DNA of 64,000 bases from Anaerolineae bacterium (GTDB taxonomy: Bacteria; Chloroflexota; Anaerolineae; Anaerolineales; Anaerolineaceae): contig JABLXM010000001.1 in the NCBI GenBank assembly GCA_013177815.1, positions 15,380 to 79,379 of the forward strand, read 5' to 3'. The stretch's first letter is position 1; the number at the start of each line of letters is the position of its first letter. A program made the translations under genes and the position numbers. The notes beneath the pieces were generated by a model. The model was not told the DNA's origin. It saw only the letters and a program-made list of their open reading frames with translations, and made no database searches. Below, piece after piece: positions 16,014-24,824 of the stretch.

Positions 16014-17957
16014 TTATGGACGCCCTCCTCTCTCCCCTCCAAGCATTGTGATCGTCTCGGCAACGGTGAAGTTCGCATACTGGCTGCCAGGCGTATACGT
16101 CCCGTCCTGGTAAAGCCCATCCGCTGCGGATGCGCTGGAACTGCCGCCCAGGTAGATATCATAGGTTGCGCCGCTGGCGAGCGCCGGTGACGAAAACACG
16201 ATCGATTGGTATGTCTTGCTCGGCGCAAAGGTCAGGATACTTGCGCCTGAACCATCCTGGATGCGCACTAGGTCTCCAGCCGCCTGCGCGCCGATGAAGT
16301 TGATCATCACGACGTTTTGGCTGGAGGAATCATCCGGCGCCTGCGCCATGCCGGCGCTGCCCGCCGCGACCAACGTGCCGCCCATCATCTTGAAACCGCC
16401 GATGTAATCGAGCGCCCCATTCATTTGCTGGGTGGGACCGTTGACGATCACCAGTCCGTCGTTCATCTCGACCGAGCCGTTGGCATCGATGCCATCACCC
16501 TCCGCATCCACCACGACCGTACCGCCGTTGATGTAGAGGTGATAATCGCCTCTGGCGGCGAACATATCCCGCCCGGCGCCGCCCGGTGACATCCCGCCAA
16601 AGCCTTCGCCCGGCGCCATCGGCGTGCCTGCCATCTCGCGTGGTCCACCACCCGGCGCTACCGGCGTGCCTTCGGTCCCGACCGGCATGCCGCCGAACCC
16701 CCTCCCCGTACCCATGCCGGAGCCATCGACGCCGCCTGCCACGTTGATGCCGTCATCGGAAGCGACCAGGTAGATATCCCCGGCATTGAGCGTGATGACC
16801 GCGCTTTCGATGCCCTCATACGACCTCAGCACCGCGATATGCCCGCCATTGATCGTCAGCGTCGCATCGGCGTGCATGCCATCATCGCCGGTGGAAAGGG
16901 TGAAATCGCCGCTGTTGATCGTCACATCACCATTGGTGTGGATGGCATCATCGGCAGAATCGATCACGAAAGTTCCACCATCCACCACCACACCGACCAG
17001 CCCCTTGATGCCCTTGGCAGAAGTGGTCTCATCGATGCGTCCCTGGCTGCCGCCGCCCGTTGTCAAGGTGAGGTTGCCACCCACAACCACCACGGCTGTC
17101 TGGGCAGCGATGGCATCCCCGCCCGAGGTGATCTCGATAACGCCGGATGCGATGGTGATGTAGCCCTTGTCGGCATCCGTTTCATTGTCCGAGGTCATCC
17201 CATCGCCAACCGAGGTCACAAACGCCTCGCCGGCTTTGAACACCAGGTAATCCTTGCCGCGGATGCCGTCATCCTGCGCAGTCACCACCAACTTTCCGCC
17301 GGCAATGACCAGCCCGTCCTTGCTGGCGATGCCATCGTTGAAGTTACCGTTCACGGTCAGCGTGCCCTCACCAAAGATTGTCAGGTCCGCCTTGCTGAAG
17401 ATCGCCGCGTTGGGCTCTTCGGCTTCCACGTCATCATACACATAGGTTTCGCCATCGGATATGAAGTTCTCGCTGCCATCCGCCAGCACGATCAGCGCCT
17501 TTTCCGCATTCAAGATCTTGATCGCGGCGCTGGTGGAGTTACGGATATCGACGCCATCCAAGATCAATCGCACCGCGCCGTCATCGGCGCTATCCACGAT
17601 GATCTGTCCATCCGCCAGTGAACCGCTCAGGCGGTAGCTTCCAGCGGCAGTGATAGTTGCCACACTGCCATCGACCACCACGCCGGCGCCTTCCACAGCA
17701 ATCGCATCCCCGTTCAGCGCAACGGCGACCACATCGCCATCATCCCAGGTGTAATCACCTTCATCGTTGTGAGTGTCGCCCATATCGGGCAATTCGATCG
17801 CTTCGCCGACCACTGCGGTAGTCACCGCAGTCGGCTCGACCAGCCCCGTCGTTGGGGTCTGTCCAATATTGCTTTCGCCAATCCCGTCGACGCTCCAACA
17901 CGCACCGAGGGCAAGAGTCAGCAACAACATCGATACTAAAAAGATTCGTCTATTCAC
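16014..17957 (-). CDS. Cthe_2159-like carbohydrate-binding beta-helix lipoprotein
   Basis: 647 aa with a GTG start and AGGAG 8 nt upstream. It has a lipobox (LALGAC) and repeated beta-helix rungs (ITAAGSYRLSG, DGQIIVDS, AAIKILNAEKALIVL, AAIFSKADLTIFGEGTLTV, DGIASKDGLVIAGG), as in PF14262-type proteins. Confidence 0.65.
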   Translation of the reverse strand: MNRRIFLVSMLLLTLALGACWSVDGIGESNIGQTPTTGLVEPTAVTTAVVGEAIELPDMGDTHNDEGDYTWDDGDVVAVALNGDAIAVEGAGVVVDGSVATITAAGSYRLSGSLADGQIIVDSADDGAVRLILDGVDIRNSTSAAIKILNAEKALIVLADGSENFISDGETYVYDDVEAEEPNAAIFSKADLTIFGEGTLTVNGNFNDGIASKDGLVIAGGKLVVTAQDDGIRGKDYLVFKAGEAFVTSVGDGMTSDNETDADKGYITIASGVIEITSGGDAIAAQTAVVVVGGNLTLTTGGGSQGRIDETTSAKGIKGLVGVVVDGGTFVIDSADDAIHTNGDVTINSGDFTLSTGDDGMHADATLTINGGHIAVLRSYEGIESAVITLNAGDIYLVASDDGINVAGGVDGSGMGTGRGFGGMPVGTEGTPVAPGGGPREMAGTPMAPGEGFGGMSPGGAGRDMFAARGDYHLYINGGTVVVDAEGDGIDANGSVEMNDGLVIVNGPTQQMNGALDYIGGFKMMGGTLVAAGSAGMAQAPDDSSSQNVVMINFIGAQAAGDLVRIQDGSGASILTFAPSKTYQSIVFSSPALASGATYDIYLGGSSSASAADGLYQDGTYTPGSQYANFTVAETITMLGGERGGRP

Positions 17958-18003
17958 TTACGTTCTCCTTTTTTTCGATTGTATGAAAAAGGAACCGTAA
18001 AGC

Positions 18004-18021
18004 GGTATAGAACTGGTATAG
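18004..18021. promoter_or_regulatory. Direct repeat GGTATAG-N4-GGTATAG (11-bp periodicity), candidate OmpR-type binding site
   Basis: GGTATAG sits at 18004-18010 and 18015-18021, 47-64 nt upstream of the GTG of the Cthe_2159-like gene. It abuts a weak -35 upstream of a TACAAT -10 on the minus strand. Confidence 0.35.
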
Positions 18022-18125
18022 CCCCGCAATTGCCCACGCCGTCGATACACGCTGCGGTTGTATAATCGTAATCGAGGAACCATTCCCGCTCGTCGTTCGT
18101 CTGTGTCCTATAAAGGAGGAATGCC

Positions 18126-20327
18126 ATGAATGAACACCGCTCCCCTGCCATGATCGTCGGAACGGTGGTGATGCTGCTGGCAATGCTCGCCTGCAACCTG
18201 CCCATCACCGCCACACCCACTGCCGAACCGCCCGCCGGCGAAACCCCCGTCCCGGGCGAAATCCCCACCCCCGCAGGTGAAAGCGTCAAGATCGACCCCG
18301 GTTCGGTCTACCCGCCGCCCTTCGCCGAATATCCCCCCGCTTCGGTGCGCCTGCCCGATGCCTTCCCCGCGTCCTACAGCCTGCCGCTCGATCTTTCCGG
18401 CGTGCGCGGCGTGGACGAACTGCGCGGCGTCACCCTCACCGAGGCACAGCTCGACGCCCTCTCGCAGTACGGCTTCGTCGTCCAACCGCCGGCGCCGGGC
18501 GAGATGCAGGAGTTCTACCAGATCTATGAGAGCAACCGCTACGCCACCACAGTCACCAACTTCGTCACCACCGACGCGGTCTTCCACGTCTATCACCTGA
18601 TCTTCGACAAGATGCTGCGCGACCTGGAGCGCGAATCCTTCATCCCCGCGCTCGAGACGCTCACCAGCAAACTGATGGCGGGGTCCTATGCCCAGTACCA
18701 GGCGCTGCGCGGCACCACGCTGGAGGAACCCGCCCTGCGCAACGTGGCTTACTTTGGTGTCGCGGCTCGATTGCTCGGATTGAGCGACGCCATCCCTGCC
18801 GAAGCCGACAGCCTGGTCAACGCCGAACTGGCGCTCATCGAAGCCGCTGGCATGCCGACGGTCTCGCCCATCTGGGATCGCGAAGACCTGCCGGAGGACA
18901 AGAAACTGATCGAAGATTACACCCAGTACATCCCGCGCGGTCACTACACCCGCAGCGAGGAGCTCAAGAAATACTTCAAGACCATGATGTGGTACGGGCG
19001 CCTGACCTTCCGCCTGCGCGACGACTTCGAAACCCGCCGCGCGTTGCTGCTCTCCACCCTCATCCGCAATGATGCCGAGGCGCTGCAATTGTGGCAGGAT
19101 ATCTACGACCCGACCGTCTTCATCGTTGGCAAATCGGACGACCTCTCCTTTTACGAGTATGGCGGCATCATGGACGCCGTCTTTGGCAGCAACCCCGACC
19201 CGGCGCTCTTCGCCGATGACGCCCTCTTCGCCAGCTTCAAAGCCACCGCCGCCACCCTGCCGCCGCCCCAGATCAACTCGATGTGGGTTTGGATCTGGGA
19301 AGACCGCGATGAAGCCACCACCGGCTTCCGCATGATGGGGCAGCGCTTCACCCTGGATGCCTACGTCTTTGGTCAGGTGATGTGGCGCAAGGTCGGCACG
19401 CTCGAAAACCCACGCGACCTGCCCAAGGCGCTGGATTACTTCGCCGCCGCCGGCTCCGATGAAGCCCGCACCATCCTCATCGATATGGGCGAACCCTCCT
19501 ACGAGAACTACCTGACCCAACTGGACAAGGTCACCGCCGAGGTCGCCGCGCTGGAAGCGGATTCCTGGACGCAAAACCTGTATTGGTCCTGGCTCTACGC
19601 CTTCCAACCGTTGGTAGAGCCCAAGGACGGTCGTTACCCACCCTTCATGCAGAACCAGGCTTGGACGCGCAAGCAGTTGCAGACCGCGCTCGGCTCCTAC
19701 ACCGAGCTGAAGCACGATACCATCCTCTACGCCAAACAGGTAATGGCAGAGATGGGGGGCGGCGCCGAGGAGGAACCGCCCAAAGGCTATGTGGAACCCA
19801 ACCCGGAAGCCTTCGCGCGCCTGAACGCGCTGGCGCAAATGACCCGCTCTGGCTTGCAGCAGCGCAACCTGCTGGTGGGCAACACGCCCGGCAATCTGGA
19901 TAACCTGATCGATCTGCTCACCTTCCTGCAATCCTGCGCCGAAAAGGAATTGAACGGCGAAACGCTCAGCGCCGATGACTACTGGCGCATCACCTACATC
20001 GGCGGCGAACTGGAAGCATTGACGATCGCTGCCGCCGATTCCGATGAGGAATACGCGCGCGACCTGAGCGACCAGAAAGCCGCGCTGGTGGCGGATGTCG
20101 CCACCGGCATCGGGCGCGTGCTGGAGGAAGCCATCGGGCAACCCACCCGCATGTACGTGGTGCTGCCGGACGCGCCCTACCGCCTGGGGGTCGGCGCAGT
20201 TTACACCTATTACGAGTTCGATCTGCCGTCCGACCAGCGCATGACCGATGAGACCTGGCAGGGCAAGGTCGAAACCGGCGATACCCCGCCCATGCCCGAG
20301 TGGACCGGGATGTTCATCGTCCCGTAG
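18126..20327 (+). CDS. DUF3160 domain lipoprotein
   Basis: 733 aa with a lipobox-like MLACN. The long conserved core (FVTTDAVFHVYHLIFDKMLRDLE..., YIPRGHYTRSEELKKYF) is typical of DUF3160. Confidence 0.7.
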   Translation: MNEHRSPAMIVGTVVMLLAMLACNLPITATPTAEPPAGETPVPGEIPTPAGESVKIDPGSVYPPPFAEYPPASVRLPDAFPASYSLPLDLSGVRGVDELRGVTLTEAQLDALSQYGFVVQPPAPGEMQEFYQIYESNRYATTVTNFVTTDAVFHVYHLIFDKMLRDLERESFIPALETLTSKLMAGSYAQYQALRGTTLEEPALRNVAYFGVAARLLGLSDAIPAEADSLVNAELALIEAAGMPTVSPIWDREDLPEDKKLIEDYTQYIPRGHYTRSEELKKYFKTMMWYGRLTFRLRDDFETRRALLLSTLIRNDAEALQLWQDIYDPTVFIVGKSDDLSFYEYGGIMDAVFGSNPDPALFADDALFASFKATAATLPPPQINSMWVWIWEDRDEATTGFRMMGQRFTLDAYVFGQVMWRKVGTLENPRDLPKALDYFAAAGSDEARTILIDMGEPSYENYLTQLDKVTAEVAALEADSWTQNLYWSWLYAFQPLVEPKDGRYPPFMQNQAWTRKQLQTALGSYTELKHDTILYAKQVMAEMGGGAEEEPPKGYVEPNPEAFARLNALAQMTRSGLQQRNLLVGNTPGNLDNLIDLLTFLQSCAEKELNGETLSADDYWRITYIGGELEALTIAAADSDEEYARDLSDQKAALVADVATGIGRVLEEAIGQPTRMYVVLPDAPYRLGVGAVYTYYEFDLPSDQRMTDETWQGKVETGDTPPMPEWTGMFIVP

Positions 20328-20342
20328 CCCAGGAAAGAAAAA

Positions 20343-20474
20343 ACCACGGAGGCACAGAGACACAGAGGAAACATATCGAATATTCATCGTAAGCAATGAA
20401 AGAAAACACACCGCAGAGGACGCAGAGATCAGGGAGATGGTAAGAACCTCCGCGTTCTCTGCGTTCTCTTTGTG
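20343..20474. repeat. CACAGAG-type intergenic repeat cluster
   Basis: accacggaggcacagagacacagagg sits at 20343-20368. An imperfect inverted pair follows: cgcagaggacgcagag (20412-20427) and ctccgcgttctctgcg (20448-20463), matching at 14/16. The region shares an exact 16-mer, gcgttctctttgtgaa, with 24717-24732. Confidence 0.6.
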
Positions 20475-20485
20475 AAATAAAAACC

Positions 20486-21409
20486 ATGCTACGCTCAAAG
20501 CCCAGCGCCGCCATCCTGCTGCTGCTCGTCTTCGCCGGCTGCCAGGCGCGCCCCCAACCGCTCACCCTGGCGCTGATGGGCGACCTGATGCTGGGACGCG
20601 GCGTCGCGCAAGCCTACCCGGATGGCGACCTTGCCCCCGCCCTCACTGCCGCCCAAGCGTACCTCCAGGACGCCGACTTGGCGCTCACCAACCTCGAGTC
20701 GCCCCTCACCTCCAAGCATCTTCCGCCGTCCGATTACAACCTGTGCGCCGCACCCGCCGCCCTGCCCTCACTGCTCAGGGCAGGCTTCGATATCCTGACC
20801 CTCGCCAACAACCACCAGGACGATTGCGCGCCAGGTGGCGCCGCCCAAACCGCCAGCCTGCTGCAGGATGCCGGGCTTGCTCCCGTCCCGCCTTCCATCC
20901 AAAGCCCGCCCCTCTACCTTCCTTGTCAACAATGGCTATGCGCAGTTATCGCGTTCGATGATATCACGGCTCCCCTCGACCCAGCCGCCGCGCAGGGCGT
21001 CATCGCCGGCGCCGCCGAGCGCGCCGATATCGTCATCGTCTCCGTCCACTGGGGCACGGAGTACGCCCCCGCCCCCACCCAACGCCAGCGCGCGCTGGCG
21101 GGCGCCTTCGCCGACTCTGGCGCCGACCTGATCTTCGGGCACCACCCGCACGTCCTCCAGCCGGTCGAATGGCTGCAAGGCGCCGGGCAGCCCCACCCCA
21201 CCCTGGTCGCCTACTCACTCGGCAACGCCCTGTTCGACCAATCCCCACCCGATGCGCGCCGCACCGCCCTGCTGCAAGTGGCGCTCACCCCGGCGGGCGT
21301 CCAGTCCGTCCACGCCGTACCGCTGGTCATTTCCCTGCCGGGTTGGCAGTTGACCCCCGCGACAGGCAAGGATGAGGCGCGTATCCTGGAACGCCTCAAT
21401 CTGCCCTGA
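20486..21409 (+). CDS. CapA/PGA_cap family metallophosphoesterase-like protein
   Basis: 307 aa with lipobox VFAGC and motifs MGDLMLGRG, LANNHQDD, VSVHWGTEY, GHHPHVLQP and YSLGNALFDQ. Confidence 0.8.
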   Translation: MLRSKPSAAILLLLVFAGCQARPQPLTLALMGDLMLGRGVAQAYPDGDLAPALTAAQAYLQDADLALTNLESPLTSKHLPPSDYNLCAAPAALPSLLRAGFDILTLANNHQDDCAPGGAAQTASLLQDAGLAPVPPSIQSPPLYLPCQQWLCAVIAFDDITAPLDPAAAQGVIAGAAERADIVIVSVHWGTEYAPAPTQRQRALAGAFADSGADLIFGHHPHVLQPVEWLQGAGQPHPTLVAYSLGNALFDQSPPDARRTALLQVALTPAGVQSVHAVPLVISLPGWQLTPATGKDEARILERLNLP

Positions 21410-21414
21410 CTGCC

Positions 21415-22140
21415 CTACAGCGCCACCAGGAACATCGCGCCAAAGATGATGATATCCTGGATGAAGTGGATCAGCCACGCCCAACCCATGCCGCCGGTTT
21501 CACCGATCGATTTTGCCAGCAGCCAGCCCAAGAAGCCAGCCATCAGCGAGCCCAGTGCGCCGCCCGGCACGCCGAAGAAATGCGGGATGGCAAATACCAG
21601 CGCGGAGATGATATAGATCCACGGGCGCGGCAGTGCGCCATCCAGCGCCGTCACCACTCCCAGGCGGGTGATGGCTTCCTCCACGAAGGCGTTGCTGGCA
21701 GCCAGCACCAGCACCCACGGCAGCCAGCGCGCATTGCCCGGTTCCAGGCTTTGCCCGCGCGCCATGCTGAAGAAGATGAACGCGCCGGTCGCCACGGAAA
21801 CGATGATCGCGAAATTGAGTCCCACCCCCAGCCAGTTGTCGCCGGTTTTGATGCCCAGCCACCCCACCGCCTGCGCCGGCGCTTTCATATCGCCCCAGCG
21901 GTAGAAGCGCTGCGCGTTGGCGGGTCGGCTGGCGTAGACCACCGCCAACACCAGCAACGACACGACCAGCGTAACGATCTGGTACTTCAATTTGCCGTCC
22001 ACAAACTCGTTGCCGGTCAGCGCGATAGGGAGCAGCCGCCCAGCCGCCTTGGGCGCGAAGACGCCGAAAACCAGCAGGCTGGCGGTGCCCGCCAGCACGG
22101 CTAACGCCGCAAACCATGGGATTTTATTCCACGCACTCAT
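21415..22140 (-). CDS. CPBP family intramembrane glutamic endopeptidase
   Basis: I chose the ATG at 22140 (MSAWNKIPWF), which forms an ATGA overlap with the upstream gene. CPBP motifs are NAFVEEAITR (EExxxR) and FAIPHFF. Confidence 0.75.
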   Translation of the reverse strand: MSAWNKIPWFAALAVLAGTASLLVFGVFAPKAAGRLLPIALTGNEFVDGKLKYQIVTLVVSLLVLAVVYASRPANAQRFYRWGDMKAPAQAVGWLGIKTGDNWLGVGLNFAIIVSVATGAFIFFSMARGQSLEPGNARWLPWVLVLAASNAFVEEAITRLGVVTALDGALPRPWIYIISALVFAIPHFFGVPGGALGSLMAGFLGWLLAKSIGETGGMGWAWLIHFIQDIIIFGAMFLVAL

Positions 22141-22991
22141 GACGATACCTTGCCGGTTTTCAGGCTGATGCGGCGGCGGTAAATGCTCCACCCGACCAGC
22201 GCCATCAGGATGGAATAAAGCACGCCTTCGGTACCCGGCGACAGCAGGGTACCCACCAGATCACGGTTGACCACCACGAAACCACCGGCGAACAACGGCA
22301 AGCTGATGGCATTGGCGATGTTGTGCAACAGCCAGACGGTCCACACCGAACCGCTTGCCAGCCGCAGTTCGCCATATGCCAGGGCTTGCAGCGGCATCAG
22401 CGCCAACGACAACAGGATGAAGACTCCCAGGTTCAACGACGTGTGCGCCTCCAGCGTGGTGCGCTCCAGGAAGTGTAGATAGTATGGAATGTGCCACGCC
22501 GCCCACACCAAACCTGTGATCAGTGCGTTGAGGAAGGGATGCGCCCCCACCGCCTCCAACCGTGGGGTCAGGTAACCACGCCAGGCGAACTCTTCGAAGA
22601 TGTTCTTGATGGCGACGCTGCCGAACCCGGCTGCCAGTAGCGGCAAGAATGAAGCCAGCCAACCCACGCTGAAACCGGGCAGCGAGAGCGCGCCGAACGC
22701 CGCGCCAACCCCCACCACCAGCAGCGTGACCACCGGCGCGATCAGCAGCGCCGCCAGGTACCAAAGCCAACCGCGCTTCAGTTTCAGCCCCAGCCCAAAG
22801 TCCTTCCAGCCATCGCCGCCCAGCCAGCGCAGCAGCAGGTTCGCCAGCAGCGGTGAAACCAGCCAAACCAGCGCCCCCAACCCCTGCATGGGGTCCTGCG
22901 GCGGCGAAAGCCGGTCCAGTAAGATGCCCACATAGCCGCCGCCCACCGCAACGAGCGAAAAGATGGTGATGTTACGAATGCTCTTGTTCAT
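22137..22991 (-). CDS. CPBP family intramembrane glutamic endopeptidase (paralog)
   Basis: 284 aa with FEEFAWRGYL (EExxxR), WAAWHIPYY and HNIANA. Confidence 0.75.
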   Translation of the reverse strand: MNKSIRNITIFSLVAVGGGYVGILLDRLSPPQDPMQGLGALVWLVSPLLANLLLRWLGGDGWKDFGLGLKLKRGWLWYLAALLIAPVVTLLVVGVGAAFGALSLPGFSVGWLASFLPLLAAGFGSVAIKNIFEEFAWRGYLTPRLEAVGAHPFLNALITGLVWAAWHIPYYLHFLERTTLEAHTSLNLGVFILLSLALMPLQALAYGELRLASGSVWTVWLLHNIANAISLPLFAGGFVVVNRDLVGTLLSPGTEGVLYSILMALVGWSIYRRRISLKTGKVSS

Positions 22992-23619
22992 TTTTCACCT
23001 TGTAAGGTGGCTGACCCTTCCGGTCGTCATCCGGATTCAGGCATCCGGTCAGTTGATCGAAAGCGCCCAGCCGGTAGTCGCCGGCTTCCAGCCGGATTTT
23101 GGCGCTTTGCAGCCAGCGCAGTTGCGCCTCGGCGCTCAGGATGCCGTATTCCAGCGTCAGCAGGCTGAAGAACAGCGCGCGCGGGTCATCCGCCGTCGAC
23201 ATCTTCGAAGCATACCGGTCATAGATGTCACGGTAGACCTGCATCAACGCCTGGGTATGTTCGATCTCACGCGCCAGCAGCGGCAGCACCTCTGCATCCG
23301 CCACTTTGCCGCCGAAGTAGATCTGGATGAGGAACGGCTCGCGGACCTCGCTCGACGGCAGCGGCGTGGTGAGCCAACGGTGCAATTCGGCTTCGCCGGC
23401 GGGCGTGATATGGTAGATCTTCATATCCAGCCGCTCCTCGCGCTCGATCACCTCCTTCTCCACCAGGCCGGCGTCGTCCAGCTCCGCCAGCGTGCGGTAG
23501 ATCTGCGATTGGTTGGCTTGCCAGAAATGGCGCACCGAACTATCGAAGGCTTTCTTGAGGTCGTAGCCCGAAAACGGTTTGAACGAGAGAAATCCGAGAA
23601 TAGCGTGTTTGAGCGACAT
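22972..23619 (-). CDS. PadR family transcriptional regulator with C-terminal extension
   Basis: MSLKHAILGFLSFKPFSGYDLKKAF...SQIYRTLAELDDAGLV is the canonical PadR wHTH. It overlaps the downstream CPBP ORF by 20 nt. Confidence 0.85.
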   Translation of the reverse strand: MSLKHAILGFLSFKPFSGYDLKKAFDSSVRHFWQANQSQIYRTLAELDDAGLVEKEVIEREERLDMKIYHITPAGEAELHRWLTTPLPSSEVREPFLIQIYFGGKVADAEVLPLLAREIEHTQALMQVYRDIYDRYASKMSTADDPRALFFSLLTLEYGILSAEAQLRWLQSAKIRLEAGDYRLGAFDQLTGCLNPDDDRKGQPPYKVKNEQEHS

Positions 23620-23646
23620 AATTTCAGTGCCTTTTTATATATCATA

Positions 23647-23670
23647 TACTATAGTATTGATACTATAGTA
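23647..23670. promoter_or_regulatory. Two copies of the 10-bp palindrome TACTATAGTA, candidate PadR operator
   Basis: TACTATAGTA sits at 23647-23656 and 23661-23670 in the divergent region between padR (start 23619) and the EamA transporter (start 23753). Confidence 0.45.
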
Positions 23671-23752
23671 CTAATATAATATATTGTCAAGAGTTGGCAG
23701 CGCTTTGGCAAACGCCTCTGCACACCATCATCCCTGTGCTACAATCCATCCC

Positions 23753-24595
23753 ATGTTCCCGGTCACTTCGCTCGGCATCCTTTCTGCGCTGGCATCTGCC
23801 CTGGTGTGGGGCGGCGGCGATTTCTGCGGCGGGCTGGCAACGCGCCGCACCAGCCTATTCGCCGTGCTGACCTATGCCGCCCTTTCCGGTTTGGGGCTGT
23901 TGCTATTGCTGGCGCTGTTGACCGGCGAGCCTCTCCCCGCCGCCGCCAGCCTGGGTTGGGCAGTGCTGGCGGGCACCTGCGGCACGCTGGGACTGGCACT
24001 GTTCTACCGCGCCCTGGCGACCGGCAACGCCGCGCTGGTGGCGCCCACCGCCGCCGTGTTGGGCGCCGGCATCCCGGTGATCTTCTCCGCCCTCACATTC
24101 GGTTTGCCGCCGCTCACCCAGGTGCTCGGCTTCATCATCGCGCTGGTCGGCATCGGGCTGATGGGGCGCTCCGCCATCGGGGAACGCCACTCACGGTCAG
24201 CGTTCGTGCTGGCGCTGCTCTCCGGGTTGGGCTTTGCCGCCTTCTTCATCCTCATTGCGCGCGTCGAGCGCGGCTCGGTGCTTTTCCCGCTGGTGATCTC
24301 GCGTTCCACCATGCTGATCATCTCACTGATCCTGTTGCGAGCCCGCGGCGAGCAGTTGCCAGCTCCATCCGCCAGCGGCGTGGCGCTGCTCTCCGGTGTG
24401 TTGGATGCGGGCGGCAACCTGTTCTACCTGCTGGCGCAGCAACTCACCCGCCTGGATATCGCAGTGGTGCTGTCGTCGCTCTACCCGGCAATCACCATCC
24501 TGCTCTCGCGCCTGATCCTGAAGGAACGCGCCACCCGCGCCCAGTGGTGCGGCGCTGCCCTGTGCCTGGCTGCGGTTCCGCTCATCACGCTCTAG
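23753..24595 (+). CDS. DMT/EamA family transporter
   Basis: I chose the internal ATG at 23753 (MFPVTSLGILSALASALVWGGGDF). It is a 10-TM-like hydrophobic protein with two EamA halves. Confidence 0.8.
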   Translation: MFPVTSLGILSALASALVWGGGDFCGGLATRRTSLFAVLTYAALSGLGLLLLLALLTGEPLPAAASLGWAVLAGTCGTLGLALFYRALATGNAALVAPTAAVLGAGIPVIFSALTFGLPPLTQVLGFIIALVGIGLMGRSAIGERHSRSAFVLALLSGLGFAAFFILIARVERGSVLFPLVISRSTMLIISLILLRARGEQLPAPSASGVALLSGVLDAGGNLFYLLAQQLTRLDIAVVLSSLYPAITILLSRLILKERATRAQWCGAALCLAAVPLITL

Positions 24596-24705
24596 CGTGG
24601 GTTCGAACGATCGACACGATCCCAGCGCCCTGCCCCGCGCCCCTACGATCGCGACCAGCCATCCAATCATCTACCTCATCCTCTCTTCCCTTTTTTCATC
24701 TTTTT

Positions 24706-24751
24706 CCGCGCCCTTTGCGTTCTCTTTGTGAATTTTCTCTGTGTCTGTGGT
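24706..24751. repeat. CACAGAG-type intergenic repeat (reverse orientation)
   Basis: ccgcgccctttgcgttctctttgtgaattttctctgtgtctgtggt. Its reverse complement contains accacagacacagag, and it shares a 16-mer with 20461-20476. Confidence 0.55.
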
Positions 24752-24824
24752 AATTTTTTGCCTCGCATTGGCGTCTCCCTCCCGCTTGGACTATAATCAG
24801 CCCATACCGCCGTACGGAGGGTAC

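Noticed and set aside
18108-20498. 796-aa ORF on the minus strand, the longest in the window
   Set aside because: It is exactly antisense to the DUF3160 gene. The translation is Gly/Arg/Val/Ala-rich low-complexity sequence with no motifs. Such stop-free antisense frames are expected in genes with high third-position GC. The plus-strand protein has clear family signatures and a lipobox.
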